In this document: in pieces, positions 1-7,596 of the stretch | Layout of the letters: each line of letters begins with the position of its first letter | Numbering within the stretch: position 1 is the stretch's first letter | Virus record (IMG/VR): IMGVR_UViG_3300024255_000134 | Coordinates: 1 to 26,115 of that record | Direction: 5' to 3' (one strand) | Length of the DNA: 26,115 nt | Source: a virus | Lineage: Duplodnaviria > Caudoviricetes | Notes under the pieces: generated by a model | Seen by the model: only the letters and a program-made list of their open reading frames with translations | The model's database searches: none | What the model was told of the DNA's origin: nothing | Translations under genes and position numbers: made by a program

Positions 1-468
1 GAGATTGGTTTCTTGCCTGGTGATCATGAGGATAAGAGTAATCTATATCAGATTCCTTACAAGAACATGGTTAAGTACATGTTCACTATGCCTGATGACA
101 ATCAGTTTGAAATGCTCTATGATAATCTTAGAGCACAAGAGACCATATCATTCTGGTCTACATCATTCATTCGTGGTGTAACCCTTGACAAATGCGTCAT
201 CATTGTGGATGAGTTCTCTAACTTGAACTTCCACGAACTTGATTCCATCATCACACGTACTGGTGAGGATGCAAAGATCATTTTCTCTGGTGACTACACT
301 CAATCTGACCTTATTAAGAGCAATGAACGCACAGGTGTGCTAGACTTCATGAAGATCTTACAGACAATGCCATCATTTGATTGTGTTGAGTTTGGTATCG
401 AAGACATCGTTAGATCTGGACTCGTTCGCGAGTACCTGGTCAGTAAAATCAACCTTGGATTTAGTTAA
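1..468 (+). CDS. phoH: PhoH-family protein, 3' part (starts upstream of the window)
   Basis: Frame +1 is open from base 1 (EIGFLPGD...). It shows PhoH motifs GFLPG, SFIRGVTL, IIVDE..NL and IITR.G...KIIFSGD..QSD, and ends IVRSGLV. Confidence 0.95.
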   Translation, partial: EIGFLPGDHEDKSNLYQIPYKNMVKYMFTMPDDNQFEMLYDNLRAQETISFWSTSFIRGVTLDKCVIIVDEFSNLNFHELDSIITRTGEDAKIIFSGDYTQSDLIKSNERTGVLDFMKILQTMPSFDCVEFGIEDIVRSGLVREYLVSKINLGFS

Positions 469-1151
469 TGAAGACATTTAATTATGTAGGTCCTGCTGGT
501 GAGATCAATGAACTCGAAAGTAGGACTAGTGAGAAAGGTCGTTTTTATAAGTCACCTAATGGTGACTGGTATCCATCAGTAACTACTGTTGTTGGTCATC
601 AATCTATTGAAGGCATCCGTAAGTGGGAACAGCGAGTAGGGTGGACTGAGGCACAGAACATCAGACGTACATCATCATGGAGAGGAACAAAGTATCATGG
701 CATCGTTGAGAACTACCTTAAAGGCGACTTGCAAAAGGTTAAGGAAAGCAAAGGTCTGCCCTCGTACCTTTTTGGGTTTGCTCGTGAGACTCTCGATCGT
801 ATTGATAATATTCATATTATTGAAGCCCCTCTTTATTCTACTGACCTATGCATTGCTGGTCGTGTTGATTGCATTGCTGAGTTTGATGGTGAGTTAGCAA
901 TCATTGACTTCAAAACAACTGGTTCTTTAAAGAAAGAATCCTTTCTTGATAAGTATTTTGTTCAGGAATCTGCCTATGCATACATGTATTGGGAGTTGAC
1001 TGGATGTGAAGTGACTAAACTTGTTACACTTTCTGTCGCTGAGAATGGAGAGATGCAAGTTGTTCAGAAGTATGATAAGATACCTTATATTGATACTCTT
1101 TGTAAGTGGATCAAAGAATACCGTTACTTTCAGGAGAGTATTAATCGATGA
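468..1151 (+). CDS. PD-(D/E)XK (RecB-like) exonuclease
   Basis: Motifs YPSVTT, RGT..H, E.PLY, AGRVD, IIDFKT and Q..AYA. It occupies the usual position between phoH and gp33 in cyanophages. Confidence 0.88.
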   Translation: MKTFNYVGPAGEINELESRTSEKGRFYKSPNGDWYPSVTTVVGHQSIEGIRKWEQRVGWTEAQNIRRTSSWRGTKYHGIVENYLKGDLQKVKESKGLPSYLFGFARETLDRIDNIHIIEAPLYSTDLCIAGRVDCIAEFDGELAIIDFKTTGSLKKESFLDKYFVQESAYAYMYWELTGCEVTKLVTLSVAENGEMQVVQKYDKIPYIDTLCKWIKEYRYFQESINR

Positions 1152-1393
1152 AAGAATTAGAAGAAAACTTCATGACTCAGAACAAATTCAGTGCTCTGGT
1201 GGAACACACAGTACAAAACAATAATGGACTTATCAATTACATCGAAGCAGTAGCATCTGTTTGTGAAGAGTATGAGATAGAGTTGGAAATGGTAAGTAAA
1301 TTAATTAGCAAACCACTTAAAGATAAAATCAAAGCAAATGCACAACACCTCAATTGCATCAAACGAACCAGCAGGGGAGTCCTCCCCCTATGA
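1148..1393 (+). CDS. gp33: Late promoter transcription coactivator gp33
   Basis: F..Q.KFS..VE...YIEA....CEE..IE.E.VSKLISKPLK.KIK..A..LN pattern. ATGA overlap with the upstream gene; synteny fits. Confidence 0.9.
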   Translation: MKELEENFMTQNKFSALVEHTVQNNNGLINYIEAVASVCEEYEIELEMVSKLISKPLKDKIKANAQHLNCIKRTSRGVLPL

Positions 1394-1604
1394 GTGGATC
1401 GATGATGCATTTCGTATGGTAGAAACAAAGTATGGAATGTATAAGTCTATCCTCAAATCTGGGGAAGACTTTTTAACAGGTGCCACTTATGATGGAGTAT
1501 TGCAGATGTCTCGTTGGCATCTTAAATGCGAGCAAGATGGTACCCTTCATTTATACACAAGAGTAGTAGGTAATGTATCAGATCTAGCAGGAGTTAAACT
1601 ATGA
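1338..1604 (+). CDS. Hypothetical cyanophage protein (start uncertain)
   Basis: Fills the gap between gp33 and the DUF1825-like gene, and its stop overlaps the next ATG (ATGA). The start is either 1338 (56-nt overlap with gp33) or a later ATG. Confidence 0.6.
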   Translation: MHNTSIASNEPAGESSPYEWIDDAFRMVETKYGMYKSILKSGEDFLTGATYDGVLQMSRWHLKCEQDGTLHLYTRVVGNVSDLAGVKL

Positions 1605-1984
1605 CAGAAGAATTTTTTAAATCAGAAATTGTTCAAGAAGAACTAAACGATTTGCAATCCACATATACAGAACTCCTCCGAATGTCACAGCAATTCGGGG
1701 GATTTGATGATGAGATGAAGATTGAACATATAAATAAGACACTCGAACTAATCGCCAAGCAGAAAGTATTCTATTCTAGAATAGAAATGATGGCAAATTA
1801 TGTCGAAGAAGATGGCGATAAAGAGACTGAGGTGCAAGAGATGAAGCAACGCATCGACACCGTGTCTAATCTTTACACCAACGGGGAAGGCAACCTCCTA
1901 CAAATCCTCCAAGTGATGGAAGACAAATTGCTTGGGTGGAAAAAGAATTTACAATCAGGGGTTGACACCGACCCCATAGACTGA
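1601..1984 (+). CDS. DUF1825-like helical protein
   Basis: FFKSEIVQEE...KQKVFY.R pattern recalled from cyanobacterial/cyanophage DUF1825. SD-like AGGAG upstream; sits before gp32. Confidence 0.75.
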   Translation: MTEEFFKSEIVQEELNDLQSTYTELLRMSQQFGGFDDEMKIEHINKTLELIAKQKVFYSRIEMMANYVEEDGDKETEVQEMKQRIDTVSNLYTNGEGNLLQILQVMEDKLLGWKKNLQSGVDTDPID

Positions 1985-1990
1985 TACTAT
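1962..1990 (+). promoter_or_regulatory. Sigma70-type promoter for gp32
   Basis: TTGACA (1962-1967), 17-nt spacer, TACTAT (1985-1990), with an extended -10 TG at 1982-1983. Confidence 0.8.
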
Positions 1991-1996
1991 ACATTC

Positions 1997-2074
1997 GTTG
2001 GGCAGCCAGGCGGGAGACCGTCTCATGCGTAAGACCCAACACCCAAACCAAATACAAACAATACGGAGAATACG
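1997..2074 (+). promoter_or_regulatory. Structured 5' leader of gp32 (candidate translational operator)
   Basis: GTTGGG (1997-2002) pairs with CCCAAC (2035-2040) and encloses the hairpin AGGCGG-GAGA-CCGTCT (2008-2023). An A/C-rich unstructured tract and a GGAG SD follow. Confidence 0.6.
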
Positions 2075-2983
2075 ATGTCATTTTCATCACTCAAAAAGTC
2101 CAGCGGATCTATCGCTGCATTGACTAAGGAACTGGACAAGATGAGTAAGGGTTCGGGAGGTAATGGTCCCGATGAACGCCTCTGGAAACCAGAGGTAGAC
2201 AAGGCAGGTAACGGTTACGCTGTGATTCGTTTCCTTCCTGCTCCAACTGGCGAAGACTTGCCTTGGGCACAGATCTGGTCCCATGCATTTCAAGGTACTG
2301 GTGGTTGGTACATTGAGAACTCATTGACTACTCTCAATCAGAAAGATCCTGTTGGTGATCTGAATCGTGTTCTTTGGAACAGCGGTTTGGATTCTGATAA
2401 AGAGGTTGCACGTAAGCAGAAGCGTAAACTGTCTTACTACTCAAACATCTACGTTGTCAAGGATCCTTTGCATCCTGAGAACGAAGGTCGTGTCTTCCTT
2501 TACAAGTATGGTAAGAAGATCCACGATAAGATTGTTGAGGCAATGAAACCTCAGTTTCAGGATGAGACACCCATCAATCCTTTTGACTTCTGGCAAGGTG
2601 CTGACTTCAAATTGAAGATCGTCAAGCAAGATGGTTACTGGAACTATGATCGTTCTGAGTTTGGTAGTGCTGCCACTCTCGGAGACTTTGAAGACGATCG
2701 TCTGGAAGAGATCTACAACAGTCAGTATTCCCTCTCTGACTTCACTGATCAGAAGAACTTCAAGTCCTATACTGATCTTGAAGCACGTTTGAATATGGTA
2801 CTTGGTAAGACTCGCACTGCTCGTATGCAGGAAGAGGAAGAGCAGGATCCAGTCTTCAACGTAGAGGAGACAGTTAAAGCATCGACCCCTGACTTCACCA
2901 GCGGGTTTGGAAGCAGTGTAGAATCAATGAAAGAGGACGAAGACCCCGACCTCTCTTACTTCGCTAAACTTGCTGAGGACTGA
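2075..2983 (+). CDS. gp32: Single-stranded DNA-binding protein gp32
   Basis: DERLWKP..DKAGNGYAVIRFLP, WYIENSLTT, KRKLSYYSNIYVVKDP and YGKKI motifs, plus the acidic tail DLSYFAKLAED. Confidence 0.97.
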   Translation: MSFSSLKKSSGSIAALTKELDKMSKGSGGNGPDERLWKPEVDKAGNGYAVIRFLPAPTGEDLPWAQIWSHAFQGTGGWYIENSLTTLNQKDPVGDLNRVLWNSGLDSDKEVARKQKRKLSYYSNIYVVKDPLHPENEGRVFLYKYGKKIHDKIVEAMKPQFQDETPINPFDFWQGADFKLKIVKQDGYWNYDRSEFGSAATLGDFEDDRLEEIYNSQYSLSDFTDQKNFKSYTDLEARLNMVLGKTRTARMQEEEEQDPVFNVEETVKASTPDFTSGFGSSVESMKEDEDPDLSYFAKLAED

Positions 2984-3231
2984 TGAAAAGAGTATTGTTA
3001 CTCGCCGCTAGTGCTGCTCTGCTTGTAGCAGCACCTGCTCAGGCACATGGACGTTACGGACACAGGCACAACCATTGTCATGAACACCCACGTAAACATC
3101 TCTATCATTGTCACCCCCATAGTAAGTGGGATCACCCAGGTCACAGGCATATCACACGCCCTCACCGTCACCATGGTCATGGTCACTACTATGATCATCG
3201 TACTGACTTGATTTTGAAATTCGACTTTTAG
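2983..3231 (+). CDS. Small secreted His-rich protein
   Basis: Signal peptide MKRVLLLAASAALLVAAPAQA, then 19 His in 61 residues. TGATG coupling to gp32; a terminator follows. Confidence 0.75.
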   Translation: MKRVLLLAASAALLVAAPAQAHGRYGHRHNHCHEHPRKHLYHCHPHSKWDHPGHRHITRPHRHHGHGHYYDHRTDLILKFDF

Positions 3232-3237
3232 TTACCA

Positions 3238-3270
3238 AATACCCCGAAAAAAACTTCGGGGTGTTTTTTT
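3238..3270 (+). terminator. Rho-independent terminator
   Basis: ACCCCGAA-aaaaac-TTCGGGGT stem-loop followed by GTTTTTTT. Confidence 0.88.
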
Positions 3271-3285
3271 ACCTCAGAGGTTTTT

Positions 3286-3293
3286 CATAAATA
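3286..3293 (+). promoter_or_regulatory. T4-type late promoter (NATAAATA)
   Basis: CATAAATA in the intergenic space, 22 nt before the ATG at 3316. Confidence 0.6.
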
Positions 3294-3315
3294 TGAATGA
3301 TAATGGATGTAATTA

Positions 3316-3630
3316 ATGTTATCAACTGCTTATCGCCTACGCATGGAGTTCATTTGCAAATGCATTGCAAATGGAGAAGAAGTAAAGTTGTCTGATATGA
3401 TCTGGGCAAACAAACTCGCAAAGGCAAATACTTCTGCTAATGAAATGTTGAAGATGGCACGTCGTCAAATCACACAACAGATTGAAGAAGGAAGCACAGA
3501 TGATTTTCTGAATAGGATGGGGTTAGGTGATCCCGACCCATCCAATCATAAAACGGGATTTACTGATGCTGACGATATCAAAGATTGGTTTAAACAAGAC
3601 AAACCTTCGGATTGGAGACAGCGAGACTAA
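3316..3630 (+). CDS. Conserved hypothetical cyanophage protein
   Basis: 104-aa ORF MLSTAYRLR...WRQRD following the terminator and promoter; TAATG-coupled to the next ORF. Confidence 0.8.
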   Translation: MLSTAYRLRMEFICKCIANGEEVKLSDMIWANKLAKANTSANEMLKMARRQITQQIEEGSTDDFLNRMGLGDPDPSNHKTGFTDADDIKDWFKQDKPSDWRQRD

Positions 3631-3839
3631 TGCCACATGAATTTGATCCATGCGAAGCACCAACCCATGAAAAGGTTGATAAATGGGGGTTTACTATTAA
3701 ACCCTCTATCAGTGATGAGGAGTGTATTATTAGATGTTTAAAAAATGCTCCTTGTGGTTCTGATAAGAAACAAGTTGAAAGACTAATTAAATTTCACGAG
3801 AAACTTGCTGTAAATTCACTAAAACACAACTTTTGGTAA
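3630..3839 (+). CDS. Hypothetical protein
   Basis: The ATG at 3630 overlaps the previous TAA (TAATG), so it is preferred over the track's start at 3612. Confidence 0.7.
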   Translation: MPHEFDPCEAPTHEKVDKWGFTIKPSISDEECIIRCLKNAPCGSDKKQVERLIKFHEKLAVNSLKHNFW

Positions 3840-3842
3840 AAT

Positions 3843-3947
3843 ATGACCAAGAAAGAGTATAAGCAGTTGCTACTAGATCACTTTACAGAGCAATTGAACA
3901 AATTGTCAGCAAAGCAATTGAAAGCACTGGTAGTAAAATACACATGA
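3843..3947 (+). CDS. 34-aa hypothetical protein (not in ORF track)
   Basis: MTKKEYKQLLLDHFTEQLNKLSAKQLKALVVKYT; fills the gap and has an ATGA overlap with the next ORF. Confidence 0.6.
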   Translation: MTKKEYKQLLLDHFTEQLNKLSAKQLKALVVKYT

Positions 3948-4075
3948 AGGATTATGTCTGCATCCCGACATGGAATCCTATTTTTGAGATGATGCAGTAT
4001 CATTGGGTACACAAGTCAGAAAAAGATCCTGTGCAATTCGTAAAAAACCTCAATCCAGATGAGGTAGTTCTTTGA
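3944..4075 (+). CDS. 43-aa hypothetical protein (not in ORF track)
   Basis: MKDYVCIPTWNPIFEMMQYHWVHKSEKDPVQFVKNLNPDEVVL; 4-nt overlaps at both ends. Confidence 0.6.
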   Translation: MKDYVCIPTWNPIFEMMQYHWVHKSEKDPVQFVKNLNPDEVVL

Positions 4076-4365
4076 AATTATTGTTCCTAGTTCCCACTGG
4101 TGATGGTAGATGTATCACTCATGATGGACACGTTCAAATGGGTAGTTTCAATCACTCAGTAGAGAAGCATCTTGAATTATGTCCTGAACAAGATTGGCAA
4201 GTAACATACTGGATGCCTGATCCATTGGGTCTAAGATACAAACGAGCAAACTATCAGCATACTATGAAAGCAAATGAAGGTTCTGCTAGAACTGATAATG
4301 CTGGTGATAGTCGTCCAAGAGACTTTCCAGACCAAGCAACAAACAGATTAGAGAGAACATTATGA
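4072..4365 (+). CDS. Hypothetical protein
   Basis: TTG start overlaps the upstream TGA; ATGA overlap downstream. Confidence 0.7.
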   Translation: MKLLFLVPTGDGRCITHDGHVQMGSFNHSVEKHLELCPEQDWQVTYWMPDPLGLRYKRANYQHTMKANEGSARTDNAGDSRPRDFPDQATNRLERTL

Positions 4366-4502
4366 AAATGTGGGAGACAAAATGCGTTGGGTGTGGTAAA
4401 ATGGTTCCAGCGAATCAAGCACCTCAGATAGGACACCAAGCACCTGATGGTAGTTGGACAAATTCGTTATGTAAACCTTGTTGGATAAAATCTAAGAAAT
4501 GA
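4362..4502 (+). CDS. 46-aa CxxC...CxxC zinc-finger-like protein (not in ORF track)
   Basis: MKMWETKCVGCGKMVPANQAPQIGHQAPDGSWTNSLCKPCWIKSKK; ATGA overlaps with both neighbours. Confidence 0.65.
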   Translation: MKMWETKCVGCGKMVPANQAPQIGHQAPDGSWTNSLCKPCWIKSKK

Positions 4503-4774
4503 AGTTTAAAGCATTAGTATTCATCCGACTACGATCACAGGTTGATGACTCTCCTGGCAACGCCGTGAGAGACGCCTGTAAGCGATTGTCTGAACTCAAT
4601 ATCAAGAAACTTAGATTGGGTAAGGTCATCGACGTTTGGTTGGAAGCAGAGAGCAGAGAGTATGCTGAGAAGGAACTCGAAATGCTATCTGATAGATTTC
4701 TTGCCAATACAGTCATGGAAGACTGGGACTATGAATTGACTGAGATTGACACTTTTCCACCAGGTATTGAATAA
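4499..4774 (+). CDS. purS: Phosphoribosylformylglycinamidine synthase subunit PurS
   Basis: V.IRLR..V.D.PG.AV...L......LR.GK.I......LAN.V.ED pattern of PurS. Confidence 0.9.
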   Translation: MKFKALVFIRLRSQVDDSPGNAVRDACKRLSELNIKKLRLGKVIDVWLEAESREYAEKELEMLSDRFLANTVMEDWDYELTEIDTFPPGIE

Positions 4775-4968
4775 TGGATGATTTTAACACACCAGGATCG
4801 AATAAGACTTGGATGGACGATGGATTCAAGAAGTATGCGGTTGAATGGCAACTTGGTAATATTGTAAATATATTAGATGCTAAGATTGAACGTTGTAATG
4901 TATACAACAGCGATAATCGAGACGAAGTACACAAACAAATTACTATCACTTATAAAGAAAAACTATGA
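4774..4968 (+). CDS. Hypothetical protein
   Basis: 64-aa ORF coupled to purS by TAATG. Confidence 0.7.
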   Translation: MDDFNTPGSNKTWMDDGFKKYAVEWQLGNIVNILDAKIERCNVYNSDNRDEVHKQITITYKEKL

Positions 4969-5213
4969 TGAAATCAGTAATCTATTCAAATGGTAGTCAA
5001 GAGTGTGAGCGCATGGCATCTTTGCTATCCTCATTAGGTGGTGAATTTCTAGAATATCGTCTAAATCATCATTTCACTCAACGATCATTTGAAGCAGAAT
5101 TTGGTCCAAACGCAACATACCCCCAGGTCTCGATTGGTATCAAGCATCTGGGGGATATGAAGGAAACTCTACATTGGTTGGGTGAAAACGGTCTACTTAG
5201 TACCCACCACTAG
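4965..5213 (+). CDS. Glutaredoxin-like protein with an atypical active site
   Basis: IYS...C...Y.L...FT...F..EFG..ATYPQV.I...H.G pattern; SQEC replaces CxxC. Confidence 0.75.
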   Translation: MMKSVIYSNGSQECERMASLLSSLGGEFLEYRLNHHFTQRSFEAEFGPNATYPQVSIGIKHLGDMKETLHWLGENGLLSTHH

Positions 5214-6129
5214 ATCCAGAAGAAGAACTAGAAGAGGAACTGCTACTACTAGTATTAGTGTTAGTTGTACTGCTAGCATCTGTGGTTCCAGCAATAACAC
5301 CAGAAGAGTTAACTACTGTCGATGATGTTCCCGAACCAGATACAGAAGACAAAACTGAGGCACCAGATGCATTAATAGTTGTAGTAATTTCTCTCAAACC
5401 AAGTTCTTGTTGACCAGCAAAAGTAATAGATGGTGTAATACCATATTCTGTCGAATAAGTTGCTTTTCTGGTAATGAATATCTCTTCAACAGCATTTGCT
5501 GTCATCTTAACATTATCACCATCACCAACTTCCTCATTGGGTGCATATTCAAGAAGACTTTCAAATTCATCAACAAATTGTTCTATATACGAAGACCGTA
5601 AAGTCCAAATATTACTTTTCTCTTCATTTAACGCCCTTTCGTGTTCCCAGTTAGATACTGGATATACGATGGGGTTTACTAATGATCCATCTGATCTTGT
5701 ATATCTAAAAGTGCTATTAACAATAGTGCCTTCACTTAGAAGAATAGTACCATCATCAGATCTTACTTCAAATGTCTCATGGTGATGAATTTGATCATGA
5801 CTATTAACACCTTTATATCTAGATTCAACGTATTTGTATAACTCCTGCTCATCCATGGGCCATTCATTATACACATTGATGATATTATTACATAGCAACA
5901 CTACCCAGTCCAATTCTGGATCTCCATAGAGATCATTAGCAACTTGATCAGGTCTTTGATTGTTGCTAACAGAATATTGGTCAAACCCCAAAATATCGTC
6001 TTGAATTATCTCACGAAGTTTGATTCTTCGGAAGATATTCTTAGCAACAACATAAGGTTCAACGTTATTACGCCTAAACGGCGATACACGTACTTTTACG
6101 TTTGGAATTAATTCAAAATAGTGTGGCAT
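5197..6129 (-). CDS. gp53: Baseplate wedge subunit gp53 with Ser/Thr-rich C-terminal extension
   Basis: YF...P...KNIFRR, RPDQVA..LYGD..LDWVVLL.NNI...EWP, IHHHET and VSNWE.E...NEEK motifs. Confidence 0.92.
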   Translation of the reverse strand: MPHYFELIPNVKVRVSPFRRNNVEPYVVAKNIFRRIKLREIIQDDILGFDQYSVSNNQRPDQVANDLYGDPELDWVVLLCNNIINVYNEWPMDEQELYKYVESRYKGVNSHDQIHHHETFEVRSDDGTILLSEGTIVNSTFRYTRSDGSLVNPIVYPVSNWEHERALNEEKSNIWTLRSSYIEQFVDEFESLLEYAPNEEVGDGDNVKMTANAVEEIFITRKATYSTEYGITPSITFAGQQELGLREITTTINASGASVLSSVSGSGTSSTVVNSSGVIAGTTDASSTTNTNTSSSSSSSSSSSGSSGGY

Positions 6130-7163
6130 TACTGTCCTTTGGCGTCGTTGTACATTTCACGAGTAATGAATGCAGTCTCATCAAATGTAAGAGTCATTTT
6201 ATAAGAAGCAGGTCCAAAGTCTGTATTATCATCAGCAAGTCCTCTAATAGAACTATGTTGACCCGATGGAGTCATATTGATTTGCATATTAGTCAATACA
6301 AGATTCACAGGAAAAGTGAGTAGTGTTGACATCATTTCTGGTTTACTAATAGTCCCTGCTCCTCGTGCATTTGTACTTCTTCCCTGAGGGTTGTATCTAA
6401 TCAATTGAATTTTGAAGAAACGAGGTATAGTCAACCATCGAGAATTATCTCCACTAGTACCAGGGAGCATAGCATCTCTGAGAACATGAATAATTTTCTG
6501 AATGTTCTCTGCTTCTTTGGCATTACGTGGTGCCATATCAAAAGTAAAGTTGTGCGAACGATAATTCACACCTTGGAATACAGTTTCTTGATATGGGTTA
6601 AATACTTTACCTTTTGCAATCGCTGCTAACTGATTTTTGTTTAGACTGCCATCAGTACCAGCAAAATTATTAATACCATTGAAAATATTAGAGACTGCAC
6701 TAAACGCAATCTCTGGTTTTGCTCCTACTGCCCCCTGTTGGATCGCTGCGGTCACTGCGTCCATATCCTCCCCATTCGTTGCCATCGCTTGGACAACAGC
6801 ATCACCAAATGGTCCTAGGGTTGCTTTATCGTATGTGGTACTAAATGTTTCAGTGAGATCATGAGGTAGATACATGTACACAGATTTCATGATCTGATCA
6901 GCAGCACCTTTACCCTTATTTTTTCCAGAATAAGTGTATTGATTATTCTTTTCAGAATCATAGATCATGAATTTTAAATAATCTATACTTCGAGTAGGTG
7001 CTACACTTCTACGTGATATAGCACCATCGCCACTTCTTTTGGGACCACGAGGTAATTCCAGTGGATAAATAAGTCTAGCACCATCAGTACCAATCTTATC
7101 AGAACCTTTTTTCTTCTGGGCGGTCGAAGGTTTATTCTTTTTTGTCTTTGATTTTGTTGGCAT
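6129..7163 (-). CDS. gp48: Baseplate tail tube cap gp48
   Basis: L.YP, YMYLP, NPY.E..F.G...R.H.F.F.M.PRN..EA..I..II..LR, PRFFKI and LTF.ET motifs; adjacent to gp53. Confidence 0.88.
   Translation of the reverse strand: MPTKSKTKKNKPSTAQKKKGSDKIGTDGARLIYPLELPRGPKRSGDGAISRRSVAPTRSIDYLKFMIYDSEKNNQYTYSGKNKGKGAADQIMKSVYMYLPHDLTETFSTTYDKATLGPFGDAVVQAMATNGEDMDAVTAAIQQGAVGAKPEIAFSAVSNIFNGINNFAGTDGSLNKNQLAAIAKGKVFNPYQETVFQGVNYRSHNFTFDMAPRNAKEAENIQKIIHVLRDAMLPGTSGDNSRWLTIPRFFKIQLIRYNPQGRSTNARGAGTISKPEMMSTLLTFPVNLVLTNMQINMTPSGQHSSIRGLADDNTDFGPASYKMTLTFDETAFITREMYNDAKGQ
7064..7071 (+). promoter_or_regulatory. Candidate late promoter for the gp4 operon, inside gp48
   Basis: GATAAATA, 90 nt upstream of the gp4 ATG. 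Confidence 0.5.
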
Positions 7164-7596
7164 GAGTTATTCAGGAAAATTTAGACCGTCAAACACTCAT
7201 AAGTATAAAGGTGATCCCACAAATATTATTTATAGAAGTTTGTGGGAAAGAAAGTTTATGATGTGGTGCGATAAAAATGAGAATGTTCTTGAATGGGGTA
7301 GTGAAGAGATCGTCATTCCATATATCAGTCCTGTTGATAACCGTCCCCATCGTTATTTTCCAGACTTTTATGTGCGAGCACGAACTAAAACTGGGAAGAC
7401 TGCGAAGTACATCATTGAAGTTAAACCAGCAGCACAAACTGTACCGCCGAAAAAGCAGAAACGAATTACCAAACGTTATTTAAGTGAAGTGAAGACGTAT
7501 GCTGTAAATGATGCTAAATGGAAAGCAGCAACTGAGTATTGTCTTGACAGAAGAATGAACTTTATGATACTGACCGAAAAAGAATTAAAGGTATGA
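7162..7596 (+). CDS. gp4: Head completion nuclease gp4
   Basis: YSGKF.P.N..KY.GD...IIYRSLWE..FM.WCD, W.SEE..IPY, HRYFPDF, IEVKP, N.AKW.AA and ILTE motifs. Confidence 0.95.
   Translation: MSYSGKFRPSNTHKYKGDPTNIIYRSLWERKFMMWCDKNENVLEWGSEEIVIPYISPVDNRPHRYFPDFYVRARTKTGKTAKYIIEVKPAAQTVPPKKQKRITKRYLSEVKTYAVNDAKWKAATEYCLDRRMNFMILTEKELKV
7227..7234 (-). promoter_or_regulatory. Late promoter for gp48-gp53, inside gp4
   Basis: TATTTATA on + equals a perfect TATAAATA on -, 63 nt upstream of the gp48 start. Confidence 0.7.

Noticed and set aside
468-1151. Exonuclease as Cas4 or part of a CRISPR system
   Set aside because: It lacks the Cas4 Fe-S cysteine arrangement, I saw no repeat-spacer array in the window, and it sits at the usual phage core position.
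1997-2040. gp32 leader as a glutamine (glnA-type) riboswitch or a terminator
   Set aside because: I cannot match the glnA three-way junction/E-loop consensus, and there is no U-tract after the stem.
7544-7571. TTGACA inside gp4 as a sigma70 promoter
   Set aside because: There is no good -10 at 17 nt (GATACT at 16, TATGAT at 13).
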